NCBI GenBank assembly: GCA_015075375.1
Contig: JABTUM010000002.1
Span: 853,393 to 917,392, forward strand
Reading direction: 5' to 3'
Length of the DNA: 64,000 nucleotides
Source of the DNA: Planctomycetota bacterium
Lineage (GTDB): Bacteria > Planctomycetota > SZUA-567 > H5-PLA8
Under the pieces are notes generated by a model, which did not search any database, was not told the DNA's origin, and saw only the letters and a program-made list of their open reading frames with translations. Numbering within the stretch: the first letter of the stretch is position 1; the number at the start of each line of letters is the position of its first letter. This document shows positions 8,801-16,954 of this stretch, piece by piece. The position numbers and the translations under genes are program-made.

Positions 8801-10206
8801 GACGGGATCGAGCGCGTGAAGACGTGTTTGATCGGGTGCCCGCTCGACTTGCCCTTCTCGACCACTTCGCCCTTATCGTTTTCCTTGCCCGCGACGTGGG
8901 CCAGCGTGGCGTCCTTGCTGAAGGAATGCCCGCTCTTGCCGTATTTCGCGTACGGACCGCTGTGCGACGGATCGCGGTCGTTGGCGTAGATGACGTGGCA
9001 GGAACTGCAGCCCGAGCTGCGGTAGTCGCCGGCCTGATCGTTGGTGCCCGGGTGCCAGAGAATCGGGTCGAGCAGGCGCGTCTTCTGCAGGCCCAGGAAG
9101 ACCGGGTCGGTGCTCAGCAAGGTGCCGAAACCGCGGATCGAGAGCTTCAATTCCGGCTTGCCGCTCTCGTCGATTTCCACCTTGCCGGGCGTGATCTGCC
9201 CGATGGGCTGCGCCGTCTCGAGCAGCACGCGGCCGCCGCGCTCGAAGGCGCGCAGCACGTTGCCCGATTGGGTGATGTTGTAGCGCGGCAGCGGGTCCAG
9301 GTACGGCAGGATGCCGCGGTTCTTGATGTCGTCGTTCGTCGGGCGGAAGACTTCCCACTTGCCCGAGTCTTTGTTCTGCTTGAGCGACTGGATCCGCGCG
9401 GGCTTGCCGTCCCACATGTACGCTTCGCCGTAGCGGCCGTACTTCTGGTTGCTCGCGCCGTTGTTGTACAGCGCGGCGTTCCAGAGCATGCCGCCGTGCG
9501 CCATCATGCTGGTGCTAACGCGTTCGAAGTAGCCCGGATGGCAGCCGCCGCAGGTGAACTTCGCCACGCGCAGGTCGCCGGGGTTGATGAAGCGGATGAA
9601 TTCAGGGTCTTCCTTCATCCAGACCGCGCCGGTCCGCTTCGGCCAGGCGCTGGGGTGCTGCCCGCCGTGCGCGCCATGCGAACCGTGGGAACCGTGTGCC
9701 GCCGGCGTATCGCCGTGCGCCGCACCGTGAGCTTCTTCGGTCTTGGCGTGTTCGCCATGTGCATCGCCGGTTTTGGCGGCATGATCGGCCGGAGCCGCGT
9801 GCGCGGCCGGTTCGGCGTGAGCGCTGCCGTGGTCGTCGTGCTTCGGACCGACCAGCCCATGGTGGCCGATGTGGTACCACGGACCGCGGGCCTGTACGTG
9901 GGCTTCTTCCTTTGTCGTTGCCTGCCCGTTGCCGCCGTGGCAGTCGGCGCAGCCGATCTTGACCGCCTCGGACGCGTGCATGCTCGGGTTTTCGATCCCG
10001 ACGTGGCAACTCATACAGCCGGCGGACTTCTTGAGCACGTCTTCGTCGGATTGCGTCGTGGGAACGGACGTCATCCGGGGTTCGGGCGGGAAGTCCGAGC
10101 CTTTATCGTAGTACAAGTCGGCCGGGTGGTCACAACCCGTGCCCAAGGCCAACGCCGCCAGAAGCAGCGAGCCGCCCAACCAGGAAAGTTTGCGCATCCG
10201 TCCCAT
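5821..10206 (-). CDS. Decaheme c-type cytochrome lipoprotein fused to an LVIVD-repeat beta-propeller, with a C-terminal Lys-rich coiled-coil tail.
   Basis: It has a lipoprotein signal peptide (LLLAALALGTGC). Ten CxxCH motifs are present (CMSCH, CADCH, CGGCH, CSSCH, CVVCH, CIDCH, CADCH, CYTCH, CFGCH, CVDCH). LVIVD-type repeats follow (VTIYDVANID, LVCVDISK, LKVIDITHPDKP, LAIVDIEHAEAPK, LAVVQLTSPE). The tail contains a duplicated EKNPIKKRKI motif. Confidence 0.8.
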   Translation of the reverse strand: MGRMRKLSWLGGSLLLAALALGTGCDHPADLYYDKGSDFPPEPRMTSVPTTQSDEDVLKKSAGCMSCHVGIENPSMHASEAVKIGCADCHGGNGQATTKEEAHVQARGPWYHIGHHGLVGPKHDDHGSAHAEPAAHAAPADHAAKTGDAHGEHAKTEEAHGAAHGDTPAAHGSHGSHGAHGGQHPSAWPKRTGAVWMKEDPEFIRFINPGDLRVAKFTCGGCHPGYFERVSTSMMAHGGMLWNAALYNNGASNQKYGRYGEAYMWDGKPARIQSLKQNKDSGKWEVFRPTNDDIKNRGILPYLDPLPRYNITQSGNVLRAFERGGRVLLETAQPIGQITPGKVEIDESGKPELKLSIRGFGTLLSTDPVFLGLQKTRLLDPILWHPGTNDQAGDYRSSGCSSCHVIYANDRDPSHSGPYAKYGKSGHSFSKDATLAHVAGKENDKGEVVEKGKSSGHPIKHVFTRSIPSSQCVVCHMHPGTTVTVTYYGNTWYDNETEGSKTYLDSHLPNMSEREELKIKYRNPEAAALRGRWGDVEWMESVWERNDQFKQIQFADYHGHGWLYKNVYKMDRKGNLLDKDGKQVAHDAPNKFKKGEKGEPLAGSAVHMQDIHLEKGMHCIDCHFNIDNHGNGLLYTEVRNATEITCADCHGTIYKRATLKTTGNAAPEGGTDLAASNTPFGKRFRVLGGKLMQQSAVDANVKWEVPQVIDTITPGNPHYNEKARLAKTMRKDNKTWGDVPEDPSVLAHKTEKMDCYTCHTSWMASCFGCHLPMRANQNRDNIHYEGAHSRNWTQYNWQTLRGDVFMLGLDGTVKGNKVAPVRSACAVIVGSQNAQREWIYSQQQTVSAEGFSGQAFSPHYPHAVRGAGETKMCVDCHVSKAGDNNAWMSQVLMLGTNTTNFMYRYVYVACDDGGTHAVVVTEQDEPQAVIGSTLHRDAFRERYAEHLERDMSLEHEYGKYGTVKQLQLRGEYLYAARGGGGVTIYDVANIDNKGFSQRISTAPVSPLGQRMYVKSKDCTQVISPTVLGVDPTRQVPFMPRDPLNQEQGIHPIYAFLYCLDREEGLFTINAATLLDGDPTNNFLERHLTFNPNGVLTGSTHGIVAGTNLWVCSDAGLVCVDISKIGTELVEAALKMNPDGKKKLEIKKVVEEARAPNPDELKVLSVVPLNKPRAVRIQFRYAFVLDADGLKVIDITHPDKPRLVEGATVPFQNAHSLYLARTYAYVAAGAEGLAIVDIEHAEAPKLFTKFTGDGWLNDVRDVKLGMTNTSSFAYLANGKRGLAVVQLTSPETVPNFEGWSPEPKPFLIAKKDLPGVALNISEGLQRDRAVDESGNQLSVFNRVGSRPFNKKEMEAMYMLDGQFFSVANEPPGEPLEMKAAGGGTAELEAKLEALKADLEKEKNPIKKRKIQKDIEDLEKKIKEASAGANAEKIKELEAALANEKNPIKKRKIEQELKKLKGE
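5846..6007 (-). repeat. In-frame direct DNA repeat (ATCTTGCGCTTCTTGATCGGGTTCTT, two copies) encoding the duplicated KNPIKKRKI motif.
   Basis: Two copies of about 26 bp occur at roughly 5846-5871 and 5982-6007, inside the 3' end of the decaheme CDS. Confidence 0.5.
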
Positions 10207-10253
10207 GAGTCTCGTTCCGTGTTTCGTAGCGAGGGCCTAAGTCGAAAATCCGG

Positions 10254-12293
10254 CTAGTACTTGACGATGACGTTCATGAACCCCGAAAGCTGAACGCCGC
10301 TGGTGTCGTAAATCTTCTTGTACCCATCGAAAGGCTGCAGCGCCGCGACGCCGCCGGTCAGGATGATCTGCTGGTTCAGCAGCGGGCGGTAGATCAAGCC
10401 CAAGCTGTAATCCAAGCCGATCTCCTTGCTGATTGCTTCCTGCCCCAGCAGGAATTCCAGCGAGGTGGTGTCCGCGAACTTCAGGTAGTTAATGTTCGCC
10501 ACCGCGCGCAAGCTGGGCGTCAGTTCGGCGTCGTACCCGATGTTGAACAGGTGAACACCGGGGTTGACGAAGTTGGCCTGACCTTCCTCTTTTCCCGCGC
10601 TCAGGTTTGGAATCAGCGAGTTGCGGCTCTTCAGGAGCGTGAAGGTATTGCCCGCGCCGAAGCCTTGACGCACCCAGTAGCTGAATTGCCCGCCCGCGAA
10701 CTCGGGATTCTCGAAGATCGAATCGAAACCTTCGGCCTTGTCGTCTTCCGGATCTTCATCACCACTCGAATAGAAGTAGCTCGTGCGGAAGCGCATCCAG
10801 TCCCAGTCGTAGGACAGCTCGGCCGCGAACATATGCGCCAGGATGTCCGTCTGCTGGCCGGCGATCGGATTCAGCGTGTCTTCGCCGTAGGCAAGGTAGT
10901 ACTGGTGCGAAAGATTGAAGCGGCCGATGTGCCCGTTGCCGCCGAAGCCTACGTAGCCCACCTTGTTCGAATGCGGCTGTCCGCTGCCGATCGGCGTCGG
11001 GCGAACCGGAACCCCGTTCTGGTTGAATTCCACGCTTGCTTCTTCGACGCTCAGGCCCACCTGCCCGATGATGTTGTAGCCCTTCACAAACGTGTCCTGC
11101 CGAATCAGGTTCGCCAGGAACACATGCTCGTCTTTCATCTGGAAGAGCGTGTTGAGCCCCGAGTTCGTGTCCTTATTCAGCATTTCCCAGTAGGTGAAGT
11201 TGTACTGGAGGCGATTGTTCTCGTACGTGCCGAAGAGGCGCGCGCCGAGCTGGTTGTCGGCGAAGAGGAAGCCGCGGAAGTCGTGGTTGTAGAACTGAAT
11301 GCCTGCGCGGCCCGCGATGAAGTCGTAATTCGGGCTGATGTCCACGAAATGGTATTCGCCGAACAGTTCCTGGAACGCGATCTGGTGGTCCAGGCGGTCG
11401 CGGCCTTCGCGGCTGTCGATGTTCACCGCCAGCCGTTCGTCGGTGTTGATGTAGTTGATGTTGAAGACCGGCGTCACACGGGCTTCCCAAGCGCGCGGCT
11501 TGAAGGCCGTTTCGCCGCCGAAGAACTCGACCGAAAGGAAGAAGTTCTGCTGGACGAAGGTGGCTTCCGGCGAACCGAAGAAGTCGAAACTGCCCGGGCG
11601 GAATGGCGTATTGCCCGAGGGAGTCGGGATCTCCCGGAATTCGGCCGTCGTGTCCGAGCCGGCGTTGATGACCAGGAACTTATCCTGGCCCAGGATCGGG
11701 TAATCGCCCTTCAGTACGTTCTGGCGGTAAGGATTATGCCAGGCGTTGTTGGTGACGTGCCGGGGGCTGTGAGGGAAGCCGATACCCCAGCGGTTGCCCA
11801 CCGGCAGCAGCGGCTCCTGATCGATCGCCCAGCGCGGAACTTTATTCTTTTTCCATGCCGCGCGGCCCAATTCTCCGCCTAAGCGTCCGTTGGTCGGTTC
11901 GTCCTTCTTCTCGGCGTCGTGGTAGAGGTCCACGAGTTCCGGCTCATCCGGATCCTCGCGCTTGGCCTCTGGCTTAGGTTGCTCGCCCTCGGCGGCCGCA
12001 GCCGTCTCGGCGGGCTTGGCTTCAGCCGCGGGAGCCGCCGTGCCTTCGGCGGGCTTCGCTTCGGCCGCAGGAGTCGCGGGGGCCGCGGTCCCTTCGGCGG
12101 GCTTGGGCGCCTGCCCTTCCGCGGGCTTTTCGCCTTCGCGGAAGCGCTTGTAGCGCTCTTCTTCCGTTTCGGGCTTCGCTTCGGCTTCGCCGGCGCAGCA
12201 CCGCTGAGAGCCCAAGCCGGCGACCGTCGCAAGCAGCAGCACCCAGGAGGATAGAATGAGTCCGAGTGGGATTTTCACACGTGCAAGGTACAT
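10254..12293 (-). CDS. Putative outer-membrane beta-barrel (porin-like) protein with an N-terminal Ala/Pro/Glu/Lys-rich linker.
   Basis: It has a signal peptide (LILSSWVLLLATVAGLG) and 87 aa of AEAKPAEGTAAP-type repeats. A roughly 550-aa region with alternating hydrophobic/aromatic beta-strand patterns (YNFTYWEM, FNLSHQYYLAYG, LSYDWDWMRFRTSYFY) ends in an aromatic residue (...NVIVKY). No enzyme motif was seen. It sits directly upstream of, and co-oriented with, the decaheme lipoprotein. Confidence 0.45.
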   Translation of the reverse strand: MYLARVKIPLGLILSSWVLLLATVAGLGSQRCCAGEAEAKPETEEERYKRFREGEKPAEGQAPKPAEGTAAPATPAAEAKPAEGTAAPAAEAKPAETAAAAEGEQPKPEAKREDPDEPELVDLYHDAEKKDEPTNGRLGGELGRAAWKKNKVPRWAIDQEPLLPVGNRWGIGFPHSPRHVTNNAWHNPYRQNVLKGDYPILGQDKFLVINAGSDTTAEFREIPTPSGNTPFRPGSFDFFGSPEATFVQQNFFLSVEFFGGETAFKPRAWEARVTPVFNINYINTDERLAVNIDSREGRDRLDHQIAFQELFGEYHFVDISPNYDFIAGRAGIQFYNHDFRGFLFADNQLGARLFGTYENNRLQYNFTYWEMLNKDTNSGLNTLFQMKDEHVFLANLIRQDTFVKGYNIIGQVGLSVEEASVEFNQNGVPVRPTPIGSGQPHSNKVGYVGFGGNGHIGRFNLSHQYYLAYGEDTLNPIAGQQTDILAHMFAAELSYDWDWMRFRTSYFYSSGDEDPEDDKAEGFDSIFENPEFAGGQFSYWVRQGFGAGNTFTLLKSRNSLIPNLSAGKEEGQANFVNPGVHLFNIGYDAELTPSLRAVANINYLKFADTTSLEFLLGQEAISKEIGLDYSLGLIYRPLLNQQIILTGGVAALQPFDGYKKIYDTSGVQLSGFMNVIVKY
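11990..12130 (-). repeat. Coding low-complexity tandem repeat (KPAEGTAAPAxPAAEA) in the beta-barrel gene linker.
   Basis: Visible as repeated GGCGGGCTTCGCTTCGGCCGC-type units in the DNA and as repeats in the translation. Confidence 0.5.
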
Positions 12294-12525
12294 GAGTGTA
12301 CGAACCGCCCCCCAAGGCTAGTTGGTCCAGCCAGAAGGCCATATTTCAGGCGCGAAGGTTCACAGTCTGGTAACGAGGCATTCGTTTACCATAGTTCAAG
12401 CACGAGGGCAACGGAAAATAGCGTTTTTGGGTTGCCTGCACATGCGCTTGTGCTATGGTCCCGTCATCAACTTTGAAGCTGTTTGCGCGGGGCCATTCCC
12501 ACTGCGGGATACAAGGAGTTTTACC

Positions 12526-14721
12526 ATGTCCTTCAAGCCGGGACGCGCTACCTCTTATAAGCGCGTGGGGTTCCCATTTGCCGTTTGGGCCGCATTAGGG
12601 ATCGCCACCTCTGTTTTCGCTCAGACCCCTCCCCTGACTGTTGTAAATGATATCGCCAACGGTGGATTGGCGCCTCAGCCCGACCCGGCGCTCCTTGCTA
12701 CCGATGTCGATTTGATCCTCGCGCGCGCCGTGGCGCTGTTGACGAACCCCCGCATTGCTGAGGCCGGCATCATTGCGGTCACGGACCGCGAAGGCCACGT
12801 GCTGGGCGTATTGCGCATGACGCCCAGCGGCACGGACATCCGAATCAGCGAGCAGGCGATTCAAAAGGCTCGCACCGCCGGCTTTTTCCAGTCGGATTTC
12901 GGCGCGTTCACGACCTTGACGGCCGGATTCATCGTCCAAGAACATTTTCCACCCGGCTTTGGGAACCTCGAAGGCGGTCCGCTCTACGGCGTGCCGTTCT
13001 CGTCATTCCCCAAGGGAGCTGCCCTGAACTCTTATACGGGTGGCTTCGACGGACAGCTTCAGGTCCCACGTTTCATCGTCTTCGTCAACAACGTCAATAC
13101 GGGCGGTTCCGATCCGGACGGCATTAACCCGGAACGCCCGGCCGACGACAGCCAGTCGCTGGTCATTACGCCGGTGACGGACGATCTGGGCGGCGTGCCG
13201 CTCTTCAAACTGGGCGGGCTGCCTAAGGGCCGCTTGGGCGCCATCAAGCCGCATCGCCGCGGCGTGGGCGGCGTGGGCGTCGAGATCGACGGCTTTGGGA
13301 CCTTGGCCGACTACGGCACCGACCTTTCCCCCGGCATCATCGATGAAGGTGTCAACCGTCTCGCTCCGGGCGGATCACGTCGTGCACTGGAAGAGGCGAC
13401 CGCCTTCTTTGCGCAGGTTCCGTTCAAGCCGCCCGGTGGGGTGCAGGCTACGCGTGTGCTGGTCAACGGTTTCCGCTTCCCGTACGCCTTCCGCGCGGGC
13501 GCCGGCGTACGTGTGCGGCAGGCCGATATCGACGCGGTGCTTTTGGCCGGCGTGGGGACCTTCGGCACGCTGGAAGATTACCTCGATACGGACGGCGGCG
13601 AACGCGATCCCAACGGCACGCAGGTACCGGTCGGCGCGATTACCGAAGTCGTGGGCGGCGGCGGCGCCACCCGCGATACGCCGGAACAAGAATTCCCGCG
13701 CCAAGGTTGGGTGCCGCGCTACCTGCCGGTGGACAGCACCTTCCCCGCCACGGCGGACGGCGGCCTGACGACCGCGGACGTGAACCTGATCGTGGGTCAG
13801 GCGGCGGCGGTGGCCGAACGCACCCGCGCCGCGATTCGCCGCCCCATCGGCCAGCCGATGCGTATTTTCATCTCGGTCGTGGACCTCGCCGGCAACGTCT
13901 TGGGCGGCTTCCGCACTAACGATGCGACGGTCTTCTCCTTCGATGTCTCGATCCAGAAGGGCCGCACGGCCGCCTTCTTCAGCACCGATCAGGTCGGCTT
14001 CTCGGCGCGCGCCATCGGCTTCATGAGCCAAGTCATGTTCCCGCCGGGCTTGGGTCGAAATCCCACCGGTCCGCTTAGCGGCCTGTTGGGACCGGGTGGC
14101 GGCATCGATCCCGCCACGCTGGATGCCGACGGCGTTACGGGCGACCTGACCCAAGGCAGCGGATTGCTCAAGGAAATCAGCCACCTGCTCAATGACGAAG
14201 CCGTAGGTTTTGCGCCTGCCGACCTCGATGATGCCGTTCAGATCCTCTCTCGGCGCATGGTTCATATCCGCGACGGCCGCCTTAGCCCGCTCCAGTTGTG
14301 CATGACGGTCGCTTTGACGCTCGATGCGCGCGGCGTGGGTGCGGTGGCCACGACGGTGCCGAACGGGATCACCATCTTCCCGGGCGGCGTGCCGCTGTAT
14401 AAGGTGAATCCCAATACCGGTCAGACCGTGCTGGTCGGCGGCCTGGGCATCTCCGGCGACGGCGTGGACCAGGACGACGCGGCGGCCTTTGGCGGTTCGT
14501 TGGGCTTCCGCCCGGGTCCGGGGGTTCTTTGTGACGAAGCGAGCCCGCCTGCGATTCAGGCCGCTTTGCTGAACGCCGTGACCAAACTGCGCAACGAGTT
14601 CCCCAACCTGGGCCAGGGCGACGGGGTTCTGGACGTGCTCGAAGCGCGCATCCTCTCCGGAAACATCCTGCAGGGGTTGCGCTTGCCTTACATCAAGCTG
14701 CCCAGGAGTCCCGGGCGCTAA
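12526..14721 (+). CDS. Secreted protein with two GlcG/HbpS-like (DUF336) heme-binding domains.
   Basis: ATG at 12526 with a CAAGGAG RBS, and a signal peptide. Two segments match the DUF336 pattern (IIAVTDREGHVLGVLRMT...QKARTAGFF and ISVVDLAGNVLGGFRTND...IQKGRTAAFF). The end is domain-typical (GGVPLY...GGLGISGDG). Confidence 0.55.
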   Translation: MSFKPGRATSYKRVGFPFAVWAALGIATSVFAQTPPLTVVNDIANGGLAPQPDPALLATDVDLILARAVALLTNPRIAEAGIIAVTDREGHVLGVLRMTPSGTDIRISEQAIQKARTAGFFQSDFGAFTTLTAGFIVQEHFPPGFGNLEGGPLYGVPFSSFPKGAALNSYTGGFDGQLQVPRFIVFVNNVNTGGSDPDGINPERPADDSQSLVITPVTDDLGGVPLFKLGGLPKGRLGAIKPHRRGVGGVGVEIDGFGTLADYGTDLSPGIIDEGVNRLAPGGSRRALEEATAFFAQVPFKPPGGVQATRVLVNGFRFPYAFRAGAGVRVRQADIDAVLLAGVGTFGTLEDYLDTDGGERDPNGTQVPVGAITEVVGGGGATRDTPEQEFPRQGWVPRYLPVDSTFPATADGGLTTADVNLIVGQAAAVAERTRAAIRRPIGQPMRIFISVVDLAGNVLGGFRTNDATVFSFDVSIQKGRTAAFFSTDQVGFSARAIGFMSQVMFPPGLGRNPTGPLSGLLGPGGGIDPATLDADGVTGDLTQGSGLLKEISHLLNDEAVGFAPADLDDAVQILSRRMVHIRDGRLSPLQLCMTVALTLDARGVGAVATTVPNGITIFPGGVPLYKVNPNTGQTVLVGGLGISGDGVDQDDAAAFGGSLGFRPGPGVLCDEASPPAIQAALLNAVTKLRNEFPNLGQGDGVLDVLEARILSGNILQGLRLPYIKLPRSPGR

Positions 14722-14751
14722 GTCCACCCCATTCCTGCACCTGCCTTTCCA

Positions 14752-14785
14752 GACGGCAGCGTGGTCCGCAAGGCCCGCTGCCGTC
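14752..14785 (+). terminator. Terminator-like hairpin with a 10-bp stem (GACGGCAGCG...CGCTGCCGTC) after the DUF336 gene.
   Basis: It is a perfect 10-bp inverted repeat with a 14-nt loop, 30 nt after the TAA stop, followed by a T-rich stretch (TTTCCTGTGCTTT). Confidence 0.4.
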
Positions 14786-14955
14786 TGGCATTTCCTGTGC
14801 TTTGGTAAGGGTTTGGAGTACCATACTGCCGCCTGAGGATGCACCGGAATTCGGCATGTTGCTTGGGGATTCATTGATGGCCGCGGCCACCTCGGCGCGT
14901 CTTTTGGGGACAGTCTTACGCGAGAGCTGCTGAGCAGCTCGAATTGGGAACCGGC

Positions 14956-16953
14956 ATGCTCCGCTCGATCTTCCGTTTCTGTGGCTCGCTCAAGCTGGCC
15001 ATTATCCTGCTCATCGTGCTTGCGGCCGCCTGTGCCTACGGCACGATCGTCGAAAGCAACTTCAATACCGAGGTGGCCCGCGCGTACGTGTACAACGCGA
15101 TGTGGTTCAACGTCTGGCTGGCGGTCCTGATCGTAAACCTGTTCTGCGCCGCGATGGTCCGCTATCCCTGGAAGCCGCACCTGACGGGCTTCGTGATCAC
15201 CCATGCCGGCATCATCTTGCTCCTAATCGGCGGGATCATCGACCGTCTTTGGGGCATCGAAGGCTTCGTGCCGCTCACCATCGGCGAAGCGCCCACCAGC
15301 ATCATGGAACTGCATGAGGAAGAAACCACGCTTTGGGTGGACGGGAAAGAGATCACGCGCACCCCGTTCAAGGTGGACCTGCTGAAGCAGAAGAAAGAAA
15401 AGAAGTTCAGCATGGAGACGGGAATCGAGGGCCTGGCGGTCGATTTCATCGACCTGGAGCCGGTGGCGGCGACGATCACGGGCCTGGAACCGGTCGAAGA
15501 CGATTCGGGCATGCCGGCGCTGCTCTGGACGCTGGACGCGCCGCAAATGGGCGGGGCGCACGACCAGGTCCTGTTCCTCAATCAGCAGGAAAATCTGGGT
15601 CCGGCCACGGTGAGCTTCATCAAGGGCCTCCCGCCCGAGCCGAACGCCTCCGCAACCACCCCCGAAGGGACGCCCGGCGAGGGCAAGATGGTTCCGCGCC
15701 GCGAGCGGCATTATCAGTTCTCCAAGGATGCGCTTAAGGATCAGGTGCCGGCGATCGTGGTGGCGGGCGAGGCGACCGGGGCGAAGTCGGAAGTCTCGGT
15801 CAGCGAGGACGGCCAGATCGTGATTTTGCGCGTCACGCTGGAAGGCAAGTCGGCCGATTTCGGCGTCCGCGGCAAGATCGGCCAGGATCAGCCGTTCGAA
15901 GGGCTGCCGGACTGGAAGGTGATCGTCCGGGGCTACTTCCCCAACTTCCGCATGCAGGGCAATCAGCCGGCGACGCTGAACGAGAAGCCCGAAAATCCGG
16001 CCGTCGCGTTCGAACTGGTCGGTCCGCTGGTCAAGGACGAAGGCCCCAAGCCGCAGGCGAATCCGCACGGCCAGCCGGCCGGTCCGCACGGCAAACCGGC
16101 GGGCGAATTCGGCGATCCGAACCTCAACCAGTTGACCTTCTTCCTGGGCGAGGACGGCAAGCTGCGCTATTTCATGAAGTCGCGCCAGAAGGGCGAACAG
16201 CGCGGCGACGTGGTCATGGGCGAAGCGTTCGAAGGGTTCATTCCGGGCTCGAAGATCTCGGTCAAGGAGTTCAACCCCAAGGCGCGCCCCAAATTCGCCT
16301 GGGCTCCCGTGGGCGATACGACCCCGATGGCCGCCAAGCGCCATGCCTACGGCTTGCACGCGCACGTCACGTACAACGGCGAGACGCAGACCCTGTGGGT
16401 GGGCAAGAGCGGCGATCCGTTGAAGCCGGTGCGCCAGGCGCTCACGTTTGGCGATAAGACCGTCGAACTGGCCTTCGCCGCGCGCACGATGGAACTGCCT
16501 TTCGGGCTTGAACTGGTTCAGACGGCCGCGCCGCACCAGGAAGGCCTGGAAGGCTCCAACGCCTTTGCGGCCTTCGAGAGCACGCTGCGCTTCGACGGCG
16601 ACCATCAGGCCAAAATCTACATGAACCACCCCACCACCTACCCCGTCACCGCGGCGGGGCCTTGGCTGGGGACGACGTACAAGTTCTCTCAGGCCAGCCA
16701 CGGCATGCTCTTGACACCCCCCCGCCCCGATTGGTCGGGGATTCAGATATTGCGCGATCCGGGCTGGGCGCCCAAGTGGGTGGGCTGTCTGATGATCTGC
16801 TTCGGCATCTTCACGATGTTCTACTTGAAGCCGTACTTTAAGAGCGGGCCGGTGAAGCGGACGGCGAAAGCCGCGCAGTCTCCGGCCGCCGCGGCCGCCA
16901 GCGCCGGAAAACTTGCGGCGGTCGCGCAGGAACAAGTCGGCAAGGAAGCTTGA
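14956..16953 (+). CDS. ccsB: Cytochrome c biogenesis protein CcsB/ResB (system II).
   Basis: The N-terminus (MLRSIFRFCGSLKLAIILLIVLAAACAYGTIVES) matches the ResB family start. There is a large periplasmic domain and C-terminal transmembrane helices. The gene is immediately followed by ccsA, 1 nt after its stop. Confidence 0.8.
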   Translation: MLRSIFRFCGSLKLAIILLIVLAAACAYGTIVESNFNTEVARAYVYNAMWFNVWLAVLIVNLFCAAMVRYPWKPHLTGFVITHAGIILLLIGGIIDRLWGIEGFVPLTIGEAPTSIMELHEEETTLWVDGKEITRTPFKVDLLKQKKEKKFSMETGIEGLAVDFIDLEPVAATITGLEPVEDDSGMPALLWTLDAPQMGGAHDQVLFLNQQENLGPATVSFIKGLPPEPNASATTPEGTPGEGKMVPRRERHYQFSKDALKDQVPAIVVAGEATGAKSEVSVSEDGQIVILRVTLEGKSADFGVRGKIGQDQPFEGLPDWKVIVRGYFPNFRMQGNQPATLNEKPENPAVAFELVGPLVKDEGPKPQANPHGQPAGPHGKPAGEFGDPNLNQLTFFLGEDGKLRYFMKSRQKGEQRGDVVMGEAFEGFIPGSKISVKEFNPKARPKFAWAPVGDTTPMAAKRHAYGLHAHVTYNGETQTLWVGKSGDPLKPVRQALTFGDKTVELAFAARTMELPFGLELVQTAAPHQEGLEGSNAFAAFESTLRFDGDHQAKIYMNHPTTYPVTAAGPWLGTTYKFSQASHGMLLTPPRPDWSGIQILRDPGWAPKWVGCLMICFGIFTMFYLKPYFKSGPVKRTAKAAQSPAAAAASAGKLAAVAQEQVGKEA

Positions 16954-16954
16954 A

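Noticed and set aside
5800-10257. Long plus-strand ORFs 5800..8310 and 8320..10257 (836 and 645 aa).
   Set aside because: They lie antisense to the decaheme gene. Their translations are Arg/Ala/Val/Leu-rich with no motifs or RBS. They are typical high-GC antisense artefacts. The same reasoning applies to ORFs 10551..11882 (+), 13375..15204 (-), 15223..17202 (-), 16838..17851 (-), 22153..23040 (+), 23092..24174 (+), 26394..27449 (+), 27388..28701 (+), 30673..31698 (+), 37379..39022 (-), 40799..41926 (+), 40860..42083 (-), 41926..43644 (+), 44445..45407 (+), 48354..49055 (-), 53504..54595 (-), 54481..56259 (+) and 61888..62697 (+).
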